Shown here: one piece after another, positions 1 through 7,937 of the stretch
How the letters are laid out: every line of letters starts with the position of its first letter
Numbering within the stretch: the stretch's first letter is position 1
Position numbers and translations under genes: made by a program
Source of the DNA: an uncultured archaeon
GTDB taxonomy: Archaea; Hadarchaeota; Hadarchaeia; Hadarchaeales; WYZ-LMO6
Direction of reading: 5' to 3'
NCBI GenBank assembly: GCA_938074535.1
Contig: CALJER010000041.1
Coordinates: forward strand, 1-12,655
DNA length: 12,655 nucleotides
Notes under the pieces: generated by a model
Told to the model about the DNA's origin: nothing
The model's database searches: none
The model's input: only the letters and a program-made list of their open reading frames with translations

Positions 1-1
1 C

Positions 2-145
2 CCGAACAGGGGCCAGATCTGGCCCTTCGACATCACGAGGGAGAAGGTGGAGCTCATGGTGGAGGAGGGCTACGACGGCTCCGGGAAGAACGTGGAGTAC
101 TACAGCAGGCTGGCGGACAGGAAGATGGGGAAGAAGGTGGAGTGA
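2..145 (+). CDS. 3' end of a protein of unknown function (partial, runs off the left edge)
   Basis: Open frame from position 2 (PNRGQIWPFDITREKVELMVEEGYDGSGKNVEYYSRLADRKMGKKVE) ending at TGA 143-145. G/C-ending codons match the real genes here, and it abuts the convergent gene ending at 147. No family recognised. Confidence 0.7.
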   Translation, partial: PNRGQIWPFDITREKVELMVEEGYDGSGKNVEYYSRLADRKMGKKVE

Positions 146-146
146 G

Positions 147-713
147 TCAGCCCTTCAGCAGCTGGGAGACCTCCATCATGGCCGAGGAGACCCTCATGGC
201 CAGGGGGATGCTCCCGTCCGTCCTTATCAGCTGCTTGAAGAAGGCCTCGGTGGGATCCCTCTCTCCCAGGAACACCTCTACCATGGCCTGGGTGTAGCCC
301 TTCACGGTGAGGTCGGGCTTCTCCAGCAGTCCTGAACCCCCTGAGAGTTTCCCGTCCTTTATCTGGAAGTGGCCCCTCATGGGGCTGTCTATGGCCTCCA
401 GGTTCACCGCCACGTTTCCCGCCCTCTGGAGGGCCTCCTTCACCTCCGAATTTTTCTCCGCCAGCAGGCCTATTCCCTCCCAGAGGATGTCCATGAACCT
501 GGCGGAGGCTTCTGGATCTTCCTTGATGAACTGGGCGATGTTCACCTCTTTCAACCTCTTTGCCAGCCTGGGCACGAGGTCGGGAACCAGCTCCATGAGC
601 TTGGAAACCCCGAACTCCTTTATCCCGTTCAGGAGAGGAAGGAGATTCCCCCTCAGCTGATCGAGGGGGAGCTGGAAGGCTTCTTCAATGGTTCTCCTCA
701 GATCCTCTCCCAC
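147..713 (-). CDS. SCP2 sterol-binding domain protein with ~100-aa helical N-terminal extension
   Basis: 188-aa ORF with GTG start. The C-terminal part (HFQIKDGKLSGGSG..KPDLTVKG...MVEVFLGERDPTEAFFKQLIRTDGSIPLAMRV) matches the SCP2 pattern 'PD.T......GxxDPxxAFxxGxxxxxG'. TATA/BRE at 734-747. Confidence 0.8.
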   Translation of the reverse strand: MGEDLRRTIEEAFQLPLDQLRGNLLPLLNGIKEFGVSKLMELVPDLVPRLAKRLKEVNIAQFIKEDPEASARFMDILWEGIGLLAEKNSEVKEALQRAGNVAVNLEAIDSPMRGHFQIKDGKLSGGSGLLEKPDLTVKGYTQAMVEVFLGERDPTEAFFKQLIRTDGSIPLAMRVSSAMMEVSQLLKG

Positions 714-733
714 GGTCCTTCTTCCGGAAGGGG

Positions 734-747
734 ATTTATAACCTTTT
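734..747 (-). promoter_or_regulatory. Archaeal BRE/TATA promoter for the SCP2 gene 147..713
   Basis: Minus strand reads AAAAGG-TTATAAAT, an AT-rich island in GC-rich DNA. The first T of the TATA box is 28 nt upstream of the GTG start. Confidence 0.65.
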
Positions 748-767
748 GGGGGAGGCGCGAGCGAAGG

Positions 768-780
768 AACAGGTTTTTAG
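768..780 (+). promoter_or_regulatory. Putative BRE/TATA promoter for aor
   Basis: AACAGG-TTTTTAG, with the T-run starting 27 nt upstream of ATG 801. Confidence 0.45.
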
Positions 781-800
781 CGGGGGGAAGGAGGAGGGGG

Positions 801-2747
801 ATGGTGAACTGGTTCGGTTACACGGGTTCGATTCTGAGGGTGAACCTGAGCGGGGGAGAAGTGGGAAGGGAGGAGCTGACGGGGGATCTTGTGGAGAGGT
901 TCTTGGGAGGGCTGGGGATAAACCTGAAGCTTTACAGGAGGGAGGCCTCCCCCCTTTCCGATCCCCTCTCCCCTTCCAACCCCCTCGTGCTTGGAGCGGG
1001 TCCGCTGGTGGGTACGGAGGTGCCAGGGGCCACCAAGCTGGTGGCCACCACGAAGTCCCCCCTCTTTTCCAAGGGTGGAAAGCACTTCGTGGACGGTGCC
1101 GTGTGCGGGGGCAGATTGGGGGTGCAGCTGAAGAGGGCGGGCTACGACCATGTGGTGATAGTGGGGAGGTCGGAGGAGCCGGTTTATTTGAGCCTCGAGG
1201 GGGGCAGGGCGGAGCTCCTTGAAGCCTCGCACCTCTGGGGGAAGGACACCTACGAGACCACGGACCTGCTCCTCAGGGAGCACCCCGGGGCAGGGGTGGC
1301 GGTGATCGGGAGGGCCGGGGAGAAGAGGGTCAGGCACGCCATGGCCATCGTGGACAAGGTGGCCACGCTGGGCAGATTCGGGGTGGGGGCGGTGATGGGA
1401 TCCAAGAACCTGAAGGCGGTGGTGGCGAGAGGGGAGGGGAAAGTGGCCGTGGCGAGGGGGGAGGAGCTCTCGGAGCTGGTGAGGGAGTGGAGGGAGGACA
1501 TAGAGAGGAACCCCCTCCTGCCCCAGTGGAGGGTGCTGGGCATCATGGCCGGCTGGCCCGCCCATTCCCCGCTGGTGAGGGAGGGTGTGTGGGAGTACTC
1601 GAGGTGGAACGAGCTCTACGGCCCGGAGAGGTGGATGGAGTTCAGGGGGGGAAGGAACTCCTCCTGCTGGGGCTGCCCCATGGGCTGCAGGGTGGACTTT
1701 AACATAAAAGAGGGCAGGCACGCGGGACTCTCCACCTTCACGGGGTCCTACATGCTCCCGGCCAGGGTGGGGCAGAGGCTGGAGCTGGAGGATCCCAGGG
1801 ATGCCGTGGCCCTCCTCGACCTGTGCAACAGGGAGGGGATGTGCTACTTCACCACCAGCCAGCTGGTGAACTGGGTCACCAGACTCTCCAGGGAGGGAAG
1901 GCTGGAGGAGAGGCTCGGCAGGGACTTCGGGACCTACCTCCGCCTTTTCAGGGAGATCGCGGGAAGGGAGGGCTTCGGGGGGATGCTGTCGGACGGGTGG
2001 TACCCGGCTTCGGAAAAGCTGGGTGCGGATCCGGATGAGTTCGAGGAGGGGACGGGCCTCTTCAGGGGGGCGGATGCCATCCAGGATGCCAGGTTTACGA
2101 GGCTCCATCCCCAGGCCTTCTCCCACCTCACCTCGCCCAGACCGCATCACGGGGGGACCCAGTCCCTTTACACCGTCCCGATGGTGGAGCCGCAGGTGCT
2201 CAGGGAGGTGGACGCCAGGGGCATGGGCCTTTCGGAGGAGGAGCTGAACAGGGTGTTCGGAGGACCCATGAAGTTCAATCCGGCGAGGTACGCGAGGTAC
2301 GCGGAGGACAGGATGGCGGTTTACAACAGCCTGGGCACCTGCATCGTGCACGCCCTGTGGGGCTTTCTGGGGGTGAGGTACCTCAACCTGGACCTGGCGG
2401 CGGAGCTGTACTCCCTGGTCACGGGGAAGGAGCTGGGGGTGGCGGAGCTCAGGAGGGCGGGAGAAAGGATCTTCACCTTCTGGAGGATGGTGAACGCGGA
2501 GGAGGGACTGGGGAAGGAAGACCACAGGTGCTCCAGGATCTGGCTGAAGCCCAGGAGGACCCCGGAGGGGGAAGCGGCCCTGAGGGATTACTACGGCGAG
2601 GTGGTCCTCTCGGGGGACGACATGGAGGCCCTCCTCAGGGATTACTATCAGGAGAGGGGTTGGGAGGAGTCCACGGGCCTCCCCACCGCAGAAAAGCTGA
2701 GGGAGCTGGGACTGGAGGAGGAGGGCTTCAGGCTCCCCCCTTTCTGA
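801..2747 (+). CDS. aor: Tungsten-containing aldehyde:ferredoxin oxidoreductase family protein (648 aa)
   Basis: Start reassigned to ATG 801 (MVNWFGYTGSILRVNLS is the typical AOR N-terminus). Motifs include FLGGLG, KSPL, LKRAGYDHVVIVGRSEEPVYL, HLWGKDTYET, GRFGVGAVMGSKNLKAV, the 4Fe-4S motif CWGCPMGC plus the distal SLGTC, and a C-terminal YYQERGWEE..GLPTAEKLRELGL. Confidence 0.93.
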   Translation: MVNWFGYTGSILRVNLSGGEVGREELTGDLVERFLGGLGINLKLYRREASPLSDPLSPSNPLVLGAGPLVGTEVPGATKLVATTKSPLFSKGGKHFVDGAVCGGRLGVQLKRAGYDHVVIVGRSEEPVYLSLEGGRAELLEASHLWGKDTYETTDLLLREHPGAGVAVIGRAGEKRVRHAMAIVDKVATLGRFGVGAVMGSKNLKAVVARGEGKVAVARGEELSELVREWREDIERNPLLPQWRVLGIMAGWPAHSPLVREGVWEYSRWNELYGPERWMEFRGGRNSSCWGCPMGCRVDFNIKEGRHAGLSTFTGSYMLPARVGQRLELEDPRDAVALLDLCNREGMCYFTTSQLVNWVTRLSREGRLEERLGRDFGTYLRLFREIAGREGFGGMLSDGWYPASEKLGADPDEFEEGTGLFRGADAIQDARFTRLHPQAFSHLTSPRPHHGGTQSLYTVPMVEPQVLREVDARGMGLSEEELNRVFGGPMKFNPARYARYAEDRMAVYNSLGTCIVHALWGFLGVRYLNLDLAAELYSLVTGKELGVAELRRAGERIFTFWRMVNAEEGLGKEDHRCSRIWLKPRRTPEGEAALRDYYGEVVLSGDDMEALLRDYYQERGWEESTGLPTAEKLRELGLEEEGFRLPPF

Positions 2748-2757
2748 GTCATCCGGC

Positions 2758-3204
2758 TCAGGACGGCTCTATGAGCTTGAAAACATCCGCGGGCACGGTG
2801 GAGCGCATCATGGCGTTGGCGATGAGGGAGATGATCTCGAAGTCCATCTTCTCCGCCCCCTGCACCACCTGTATCCTCCCCTCCACCACCGCGTCGGAGA
2901 GCTCCACCTGCCCGGAGATCACCTTCTTCCAGGTGTCCCAGTCCCCCTCCAGCACCACATCCGCCCCCAGCGGGCTGGTCGCCACCTCGGCTTCGGCCCT
3001 GCCCTCCGCCAGCCGGAGGCGCAGGTGAGCATCCTCCATTCCCTTCTCCCTGAAGGAGGGGGGAAGCCTTATCACGTTGGAGAGCGAAAAGTCCTTCCCT
3101 TTGGTCTTCTCCCTGAACTCTGGGTCCGCTTCTATGTTGCTGAGCAGAACATTGGCGAAGCTCTTCATGCCCGCTAGAAAAAGTTCGGCTTCCACTCCCG
3201 GCAT
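2758..3204 (-). CDS. SCP2 sterol-binding domain protein (148 aa)
   Basis: SCP2-like segment LRLAEGRAEAEV...ADVVLEGDWDTWKKVISGQVELSDAVVEGRIQVVQG. Start moved to ATG 3204 because a TATA box lies at 3226-3233 inside the longer ORF call. Confidence 0.78.
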   Translation of the reverse strand: MPGVEAELFLAGMKSFANVLLSNIEADPEFREKTKGKDFSLSNVIRLPPSFREKGMEDAHLRLRLAEGRAEAEVATSPLGADVVLEGDWDTWKKVISGQVELSDAVVEGRIQVVQGAEKMDFEIISLIANAMMRSTVPADVFKLIEPS

Positions 3205-3225
3205 CCTCTTCCTCCAGAAGGGGAA

Positions 3226-3237
3226 ATATTTAACCTT
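3226..3237 (-). promoter_or_regulatory. Archaeal BRE/TATA promoter for the second SCP2 gene
   Basis: Minus strand reads AAGG-TTAAATAT, with the first T 29 nt upstream of ATG 3204. Confidence 0.6.
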
Positions 3238-3268
3238 ACCGCCAAGGTCCAAAAAGGCTCCCGGGACT

Positions 3269-3841
3269 TCAGCTCTTTTTCCTGGGGGGCTGGATTTCTT
3301 CCACGATTTTTTTGGCCGCGTTCTTCGCGGCCTCCAGCAGCGGCTGATTGCAGAGGGCCACGGGGCAGGAAGAGATGGGTATCCTCACGATTTTCTGCAG
3401 GATGGTCGCCACCACGGGACCGCAGACGATGGCCCTTGCCCCCTCCTGCTCCGCGTTCAGGGCGGCCACGATGGCATCCTCGATGCTGGAGGCTCCGTAC
3501 CCTTTTATCTTCAACTTGAGGCTGCCGGCGGTCACGTGGGAGGTGGTGAGGGCGTCGAGGGAGGAACGGGAAGCGATGAGGGCGATGAAGGGCTCGCCCT
3601 CCTTGGAGCTCTCCAGGTTTTTCAGGGTCCTCAGGATGTCCCTCAGGGTGGAGAGCCTGGGATTGGGCCTGTGCCCGGAGATGATTTTGTAGAGGGAGCT
3701 TTCGGAGACGCCGGAGAGCCTGCTGAACTCCTTCATGTCCAGATGGAACTCCTTCAGCACCCTTTTCAGGGTCTCCCTGAACTTCTCGTCGGACTCCAGG
3801 GCGGAGTTCAGGACCTCCTCCCACCTCTGGAAACCCACCAT
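3269..3841 (-). CDS. Archaeal XRE/Cro-type HTH transcriptional regulator with C-terminal alpha/beta effector domain (COG4800-like)
   Basis: HTH MKEFSRLSGVSESSLYKIISGHRPNPRLSTLRDIL, followed by FIALIASR...SSIEDAIVAALNAEQEGARAIVCGPVVA. ATG 3841 is preferred over 3865 because TTTTTATG at 3870-3863 fits as its TATA box. Confidence 0.85.
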   Translation of the reverse strand: MVGFQRWEEVLNSALESDEKFRETLKRVLKEFHLDMKEFSRLSGVSESSLYKIISGHRPNPRLSTLRDILRTLKNLESSKEGEPFIALIASRSSLDALTTSHVTAGSLKLKIKGYGASSIEDAIVAALNAEQEGARAIVCGPVVATILQKIVRIPISSCPVALCNQPLLEAAKNAAKKIVEEIQPPRKKS

Positions 3842-3916
3842 CGGACAACTTTCCTCTTTGTCCATAAAAAGGACACTATTTTAGAGGGGAAGGAGTAAGG
3901 GGCGGGAGGGAGCTTG

Positions 3917-5260
3917 ATGGAGTGGTCGCCGGTCTCCGACTTCGTCCTCCTCAGCCTGCTCCTGCTGCTCGCCACCTTCCTGCGCCTGAAGTCGAGGGTC
4001 CTCCAGAGGCTGCTCATGCCCAACGCGCTGGTGGCGGGCTTCCTGGGCTTCCTTCTGGCCCAGGTCCTGGGCGTGGTTTCCTTCCATCACCTGGAGAGCC
4101 TGATTTACCACCTCCTCAACCTCACCTTCGCCGCCCTGTCGCTGGGGATGGTCACGAGGGGGAGGAGCTACGGACAGGCGGCCAGCACGGGCATCCTCAT
4201 GGCCTTCGTCTTCTCCCTCCAGCTGCTGGCGGGTTTTCTCCTGACCTTCTTCCTGATGGCCACCCTTTGTCCGGATCTCTTCCCCACCTTCGGCTCCCTC
4301 ATGGCGGTGGGCTACGCCTCCGGTCCCGGTCAGGCCTTCTCCTTCGGCTCCTCCTGGGAGGGGAGGGGTTTCGCCCACGGCGGAGAGGTTGGGTTGATCT
4401 TCGGGGCGGTGGGCTTCCTCTGGGCCTACGGGGTGGGAACGGTCTGGCTCAACCTGGGGGTGAGGAGGGGGAGGGCCGCCCTCCTGAGGGATCTGCGGAA
4501 GGTGCCGGAGGAGGTCTGGACGGGCATCGTACCCAGGCGCAGGAGGAGGGCGTTCGGGGAGACCGTTTCCTCCCCCGAGGCCGTGGACACCCTCAGCCTG
4601 CAGGTGGCCCTCTGCGGGCTGGTCTACGCCCTTGCCTACCTGGTGGTGAGGCTTCTTTCCCTGAGCTCCGAAACGGCCTGGGGGGCCGCCTTCGTGGTTA
4701 CGGTCATAGTGGGGATGGCGGTCAGAAAGGTCATGGAGAAGGTGGGTGCCGACCACCTCATCTCACCCGAGGTTCAGAAGCACGTGGCAGGGGTGTGCGT
4801 GGACTACGCCGTGGCGGCCTCCGTGGCGGCCATCTCCCTCCCCGCCCTCAGGATGTACGCCCTCCCCCTCGTCCTGCTCTCCCTGGCCGGAGGAGCGGTC
4901 ACGGTCCTGGCCTTCCTCTGGCTGCCGCGGAGGGTGTGGAGGAACTACAGGTTCGAGAGAACGCTGGTCACCTACGGCACCCTCACGGGGACGATGGACT
5001 CGGGCATAGCCCTCTGCAGGGTGGTGGACCCCGAGCTGAGCACCCCTGCGGTGGAGGACTACGTGAGGGGCATGCCCCTGATGTTCCTTCTCATCCTCCC
5101 CCTCTACGGTCTCCTCCTCCTTCCCCTCAGCGGTTACGGTTCGGGGGAGGCCCCCCTCCTCTACTCCCTCACCCTCGTGGGCCTCCTCCTCTCCCTCCCC
5201 CTCTTCCTCCTGATGTGGAGGAGGATGGGCCTCTGGGTGCCAAGGCGCTCTCAGAGGTAG
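3917..5260 (+). CDS. gltS: Sodium/glutamate symporter, GltS (ESS) family
   Basis: 447-aa polytopic membrane protein with LQRLLMPNALVAGFLG, the re-entrant loop GYASGPGQAFSFG and YGTLTGTMDSGIALCRVVDP, all typical of GltS/ESS. ATG 3917 follows GGGAGGGAG. Confidence 0.82.
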   Translation: MEWSPVSDFVLLSLLLLLATFLRLKSRVLQRLLMPNALVAGFLGFLLAQVLGVVSFHHLESLIYHLLNLTFAALSLGMVTRGRSYGQAASTGILMAFVFSLQLLAGFLLTFFLMATLCPDLFPTFGSLMAVGYASGPGQAFSFGSSWEGRGFAHGGEVGLIFGAVGFLWAYGVGTVWLNLGVRRGRAALLRDLRKVPEEVWTGIVPRRRRRAFGETVSSPEAVDTLSLQVALCGLVYALAYLVVRLLSLSSETAWGAAFVVTVIVGMAVRKVMEKVGADHLISPEVQKHVAGVCVDYAVAASVAAISLPALRMYALPLVLLSLAGGAVTVLAFLWLPRRVWRNYRFERTLVTYGTLTGTMDSGIALCRVVDPELSTPAVEDYVRGMPLMFLLILPLYGLLLLPLSGYGSGEAPLLYSLTLVGLLLSLPLFLLMWRRMGLWVPRRSQR

Positions 5261-6009
5261 GGCACTTCCTCCCTGAGGAGATCCACCACCTCTCTTCTGA
5301 GCCTCACCAGCTCCCCGCTCAGCTTGTCGCGGGGGCGGGGGAGCTTCACCCGAAGCACCTTCTTCACCCTGGCGGGGCGGGAGGTGAGCACGATCACCCT
5401 GTCGGAGAGGTAAACGGCTTCCTCCACGTTGTGGGTCACGAAGAGGATGGTCTTTTTCACCTCCTCCCAGATCCTGGTGAGGTCCTGGTGGAGGATCCAG
5501 CGGGTCTGTGCGTCCAGGTTGGCGAAGGGTTCGTCCATCAGGAGGAGGTCAGGCTCCACGGCCAGGGCCCTGGCAATGGCCACCCTCTGCCTCATCCCCC
5601 CCGAGAGCTGGTGGGGGTAGCAGTGTTCGAAACCCCTCAGCCCCACCATTCCCACGAGCTCCCCCACCCTTTCCTCGCCTTCCATGCCCCTCACCTCCCT
5701 CCCGAACCCCACGTTCTCCCAGACCGTCCTCCAGGGAAAGAGGGAGTCCTCCTGGAAAACGAAGCCCAGGCGGTGTCTGGAGGGATCGGGCGGCCTTCCG
5801 TCTATGGTGACCCTGCCCCGGGAGGGCTTCTCCAGGCCCCCCACCAGCTTGAGGAGGGTGGTTTTTCCGCACCCCGAGGGACCCACCACGGAGACGAACT
5901 CCCCCTCTTTCACCCCGAAGGAGACCCCCTTGAGGACCTCCAGCCTTCCCTCCCCCGTGGTGAAACTCTTGTGCAGGTTCTCCGCCTTCACCTTGAGCTT
6001 CGCGGGCAT
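5251..6009 (-). CDS. NitT/TauT-family ABC transporter ATP-binding protein (SsuB/TauB-like)
   Basis: Walker A GPSGCGKT, Q-loop FVFQEDSLFPWRTV, signature YPHQLSGGMRQR, Walker B LLMDEPFANLD, H-loop FVTHNVEEAVYLSDR. Overlaps the gltS stop by 10 nt (convergent). Confidence 0.93.
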   Translation of the reverse strand: MPAKLKVKAENLHKSFTTGEGRLEVLKGVSFGVKEGEFVSVVGPSGCGKTTLLKLVGGLEKPSRGRVTIDGRPPDPSRHRLGFVFQEDSLFPWRTVWENVGFGREVRGMEGEERVGELVGMVGLRGFEHCYPHQLSGGMRQRVAIARALAVEPDLLLMDEPFANLDAQTRWILHQDLTRIWEEVKKTILFVTHNVEEAVYLSDRVIVLTSRPARVKKVLRVKLPRPRDKLSGELVRLRREVVDLLREEVPYL

Positions 6010-6018
6010 GGTTCCACC

Positions 6019-6810
6019 TCAGAGCGAGATCTCCTTCCTCCACACGAAGAGACGCCTTTCCGTCCGGAGGAGGATTTCGTTCATGAGGAGACCCACGATG
6101 CCTATGGCGATCATCCCCGCCAGGATCATGTCCACCCTCAGGAGCTCAGAATACTTCAGGATGAGCCTGCCCAGCCCCACCCTCTCCCCTCCTATCATTT
6201 CCGCTGCCACGATGCACATCCATCCCACCCCCAGCCCCACCCTCATCCCCGAGGTGATTTCGGGCAGGGCGCTGGGTATCACCACCTTCTTCACCGTAGT
6301 CCTGTTCTTGGCCCCGAAGCTCTTGGAGACCTCCACCAGCGTGGGGCTGGTTCTCTTGATGCCGCTCATGGTGTTTATGAGGATGGGGAAGAAGGCACCC
6401 AGCCATATCACGAAGAGGTAGCGCCAGTATCCGGAAAGGAGGATGATGACCAGGGGAATCCAGGCTAGCGGAGGGATGAACCGGAGGGGCTCCAGCACGG
6501 GCTTGGAGGAGCGGTAAACCCCCTCCCTCAGCCCCATCAGGATGCCCAGGGGTATGGCGGTAACGCAGGCCAGGGCGAATCCCCCCAGCACCCTGAGGAG
6601 GCTGTGCAGCGCGTGCTCGTGCAGCCTGATCCCCTCCACATCCCCCTTGGTCAGGAGGGTGGAGAGGGAGCGCAGCACCTCTCTTGGGCCTGGGAAGAAG
6701 GAGGAGCGGACGGTTGTGGAGGAGACTTCCCAGAGGAGGAGGACGGTTATCAGCAGGAGGGAGGCATACAGCACCTCCCTGCAGCGCAGGATTCCTTGGA
6801 TCCTCCCCAT
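6019..6810 (-). CDS. NitT/TauT-family ABC transporter permease (SsuC/TauC-like)
   Basis: SLLRVLGGFALA...PLGILMG, LRFIPPLAWIP, EAA-like loop VEVSKSFGAKN...VVIPSALPEITSGMRVGLGVGWMCIVAAEMIG and GLGRLI. Confidence 0.92.
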   Translation of the reverse strand: MGRIQGILRCREVLYASLLLITVLLLWEVSSTTVRSSFFPGPREVLRSLSTLLTKGDVEGIRLHEHALHSLLRVLGGFALACVTAIPLGILMGLREGVYRSSKPVLEPLRFIPPLAWIPLVIILLSGYWRYLFVIWLGAFFPILINTMSGIKRTSPTLVEVSKSFGAKNRTTVKKVVIPSALPEITSGMRVGLGVGWMCIVAAEMIGGERVGLGRLILKYSELLRVDMILAGMIAIGIVGLLMNEILLRTERRLFVWRKEISL

Positions 6811-6817
6811 TCAAACC

Positions 6818-7801
6818 CTACTTCAGGGCTTCCTCTAAAAGGGTGAGGTCCAGAGCGCCTTCCACGAAAGCGTCCACATTTTCCACCCCCTTAATCTCTC
6901 CGGTTTCCACGAGGAAGCTGGCGAAGGTCTTGATGCTCTCCACATGGGGGTGGTAGTCCCACACCATCCTCTTCCAGGATTCCTGAACCACGGCCGTGGA
7001 CTTGCCCGTGCGGGAGGAGAAGATCTGCATGGCCAGGTTCTCGTTTTCCATCATCGTCTGCATGGCCTTCACGTGGGCTTTAACGATGGAGAGGGCGAGC
7101 CTCCTGTCCTCCCTCAGGAGCTTCCCGGAAACGTAGAGGATGCAGCACTGGTGGCCGGGGAGAATGTCGCGGGAGGTGTAGACCACCCTTCCCGTACCGT
7201 TCACCACCGCCTCGGCGCAGAAGGGCTCCCAGGCTATGTATCCGTCTATCTCCCCCTTCTCCAGGGCGAGGGGGAGGGTGGAGGGGCCGGGGTAGTGTTT
7301 GGGACGGAAGGTGATCCCCAGCCGGTTTTCCACCATGGAGAGCATGGCATTCTGAATGGTGCCCAGGCCCGGGGTTCCCACGGTCCTGCCGTCTAGGCCC
7401 CTCACGTTTTCAATATCCAGACGGGCCACCAGCGCCGAGCCCTCCAGGTTGGCGGAGGCCACGATCTTGAGGTCGGCCCCCTGCGAGAGGGCCCTGAGGG
7501 CCGGGACCACCCCCACGTATCCGGCATCCAGCCCGCCGGCCACGAACTCAGTCATCTGCGCCGGACCGTTGACGTATTCCAGGTACCTGAACCTGAACCC
7601 CGGTCCAGCCTCTTTCTCGAAAAGCTCCAGCTCCCTTCCCACGAAGCACCCTATCTGATGGATGTCGCCCACCAGGTAGCCCATCCTGACGGTGGTGACG
7701 GCCTTCCTGCCGGCCTGGTACCCCAGCTGATAGCCGGCGTAGGAGGCCAGGGAGAGGATTACGAGAAAGGAGAGGAGGATACCCAGGGTCTTGCCGGTCA
7801 T
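6818..7801 (-). CDS. NitT/TauT-family ABC transporter substrate-binding protein (SsuA/NrtA-like), membrane-anchored
   Basis: Start ATG 7801 (MTGKTLGILLSFLVILSLA, a signal/anchor helix). Motifs include VRMGYL, NGPAQM..FVAGGLDAGYVGVVP, GTPGLGTIQ, GEIDGYIAWEPF and PGHQCC. First gene of a SBP-permease-ATPase operon. Confidence 0.9.
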   Translation of the reverse strand: MTGKTLGILLSFLVILSLASYAGYQLGYQAGRKAVTTVRMGYLVGDIHQIGCFVGRELELFEKEAGPGFRFRYLEYVNGPAQMTEFVAGGLDAGYVGVVPALRALSQGADLKIVASANLEGSALVARLDIENVRGLDGRTVGTPGLGTIQNAMLSMVENRLGITFRPKHYPGPSTLPLALEKGEIDGYIAWEPFCAEAVVNGTGRVVYTSRDILPGHQCCILYVSGKLLREDRRLALSIVKAHVKAMQTMMENENLAMQIFSSRTGKSTAVVQESWKRMVWDYHPHVESIKTFASFLVETGEIKGVENVDAFVEGALDLTLLEEALK

Positions 7802-7823
7802 CCTCCCTCCTTTCCTCCCCCTG

Positions 7824-7845
7824 TATTTAAATGTGATGTTTTTTT
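7824..7845 (-). promoter_or_regulatory. TATA promoter of the ABC operon
   Basis: Minus strand reads AAAAAAACATCACA-TTTAAATA, with the first TATA T 30 nt upstream of ATG 7801. Confidence 0.6.
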
Positions 7846-7922
7846 GGACAAAGAGGAAAAAAGAGGGATTCGGGGAGGCCGCGGGCGCGGAGGAGAAAAG
7901 ACTGCGCGAACAGGAATGGCTC

Positions 7923-7937
7923 AAAAATACTTAAATA
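7923..7937 (+). promoter_or_regulatory. BRE/TATA promoter of the ECF Ni/Co operon
   Basis: AAAAATAC-TTAAATA, with the TATA box starting 28 nt upstream of ATG 7959 and no Shine-Dalgarno sequence (probably leaderless). Confidence 0.65.

Noticed and set aside
369-800. 144-aa N-terminal extension of the AOR in the ORF track
   Set aside because: It overlaps the SCP2 gene on the opposite strand and the promoter region. AOR homology begins at ATG 801.
777-2525. 582-aa antisense ORF, and similar ORFs at 3077-3898, 3881-4756, 9501-10364 and 10368-11663
   Set aside because: These are mirror frames of well-supported genes or tRNAs and show no recognisable motifs.
2749-2760. TGA read-through (selenocysteine) at the end of the second SCP2 gene
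   Set aside because: It would add only 3 residues before the next TGA, and there is no SECIS-like element or Cys-homologous context.
3922-6468. 848-aa + strand ORF
   Set aside because: A Pro/Gly/Arg-rich shadow frame over gltS and antisense to the ABC genes, as expected in high-GC DNA with few stop codons.
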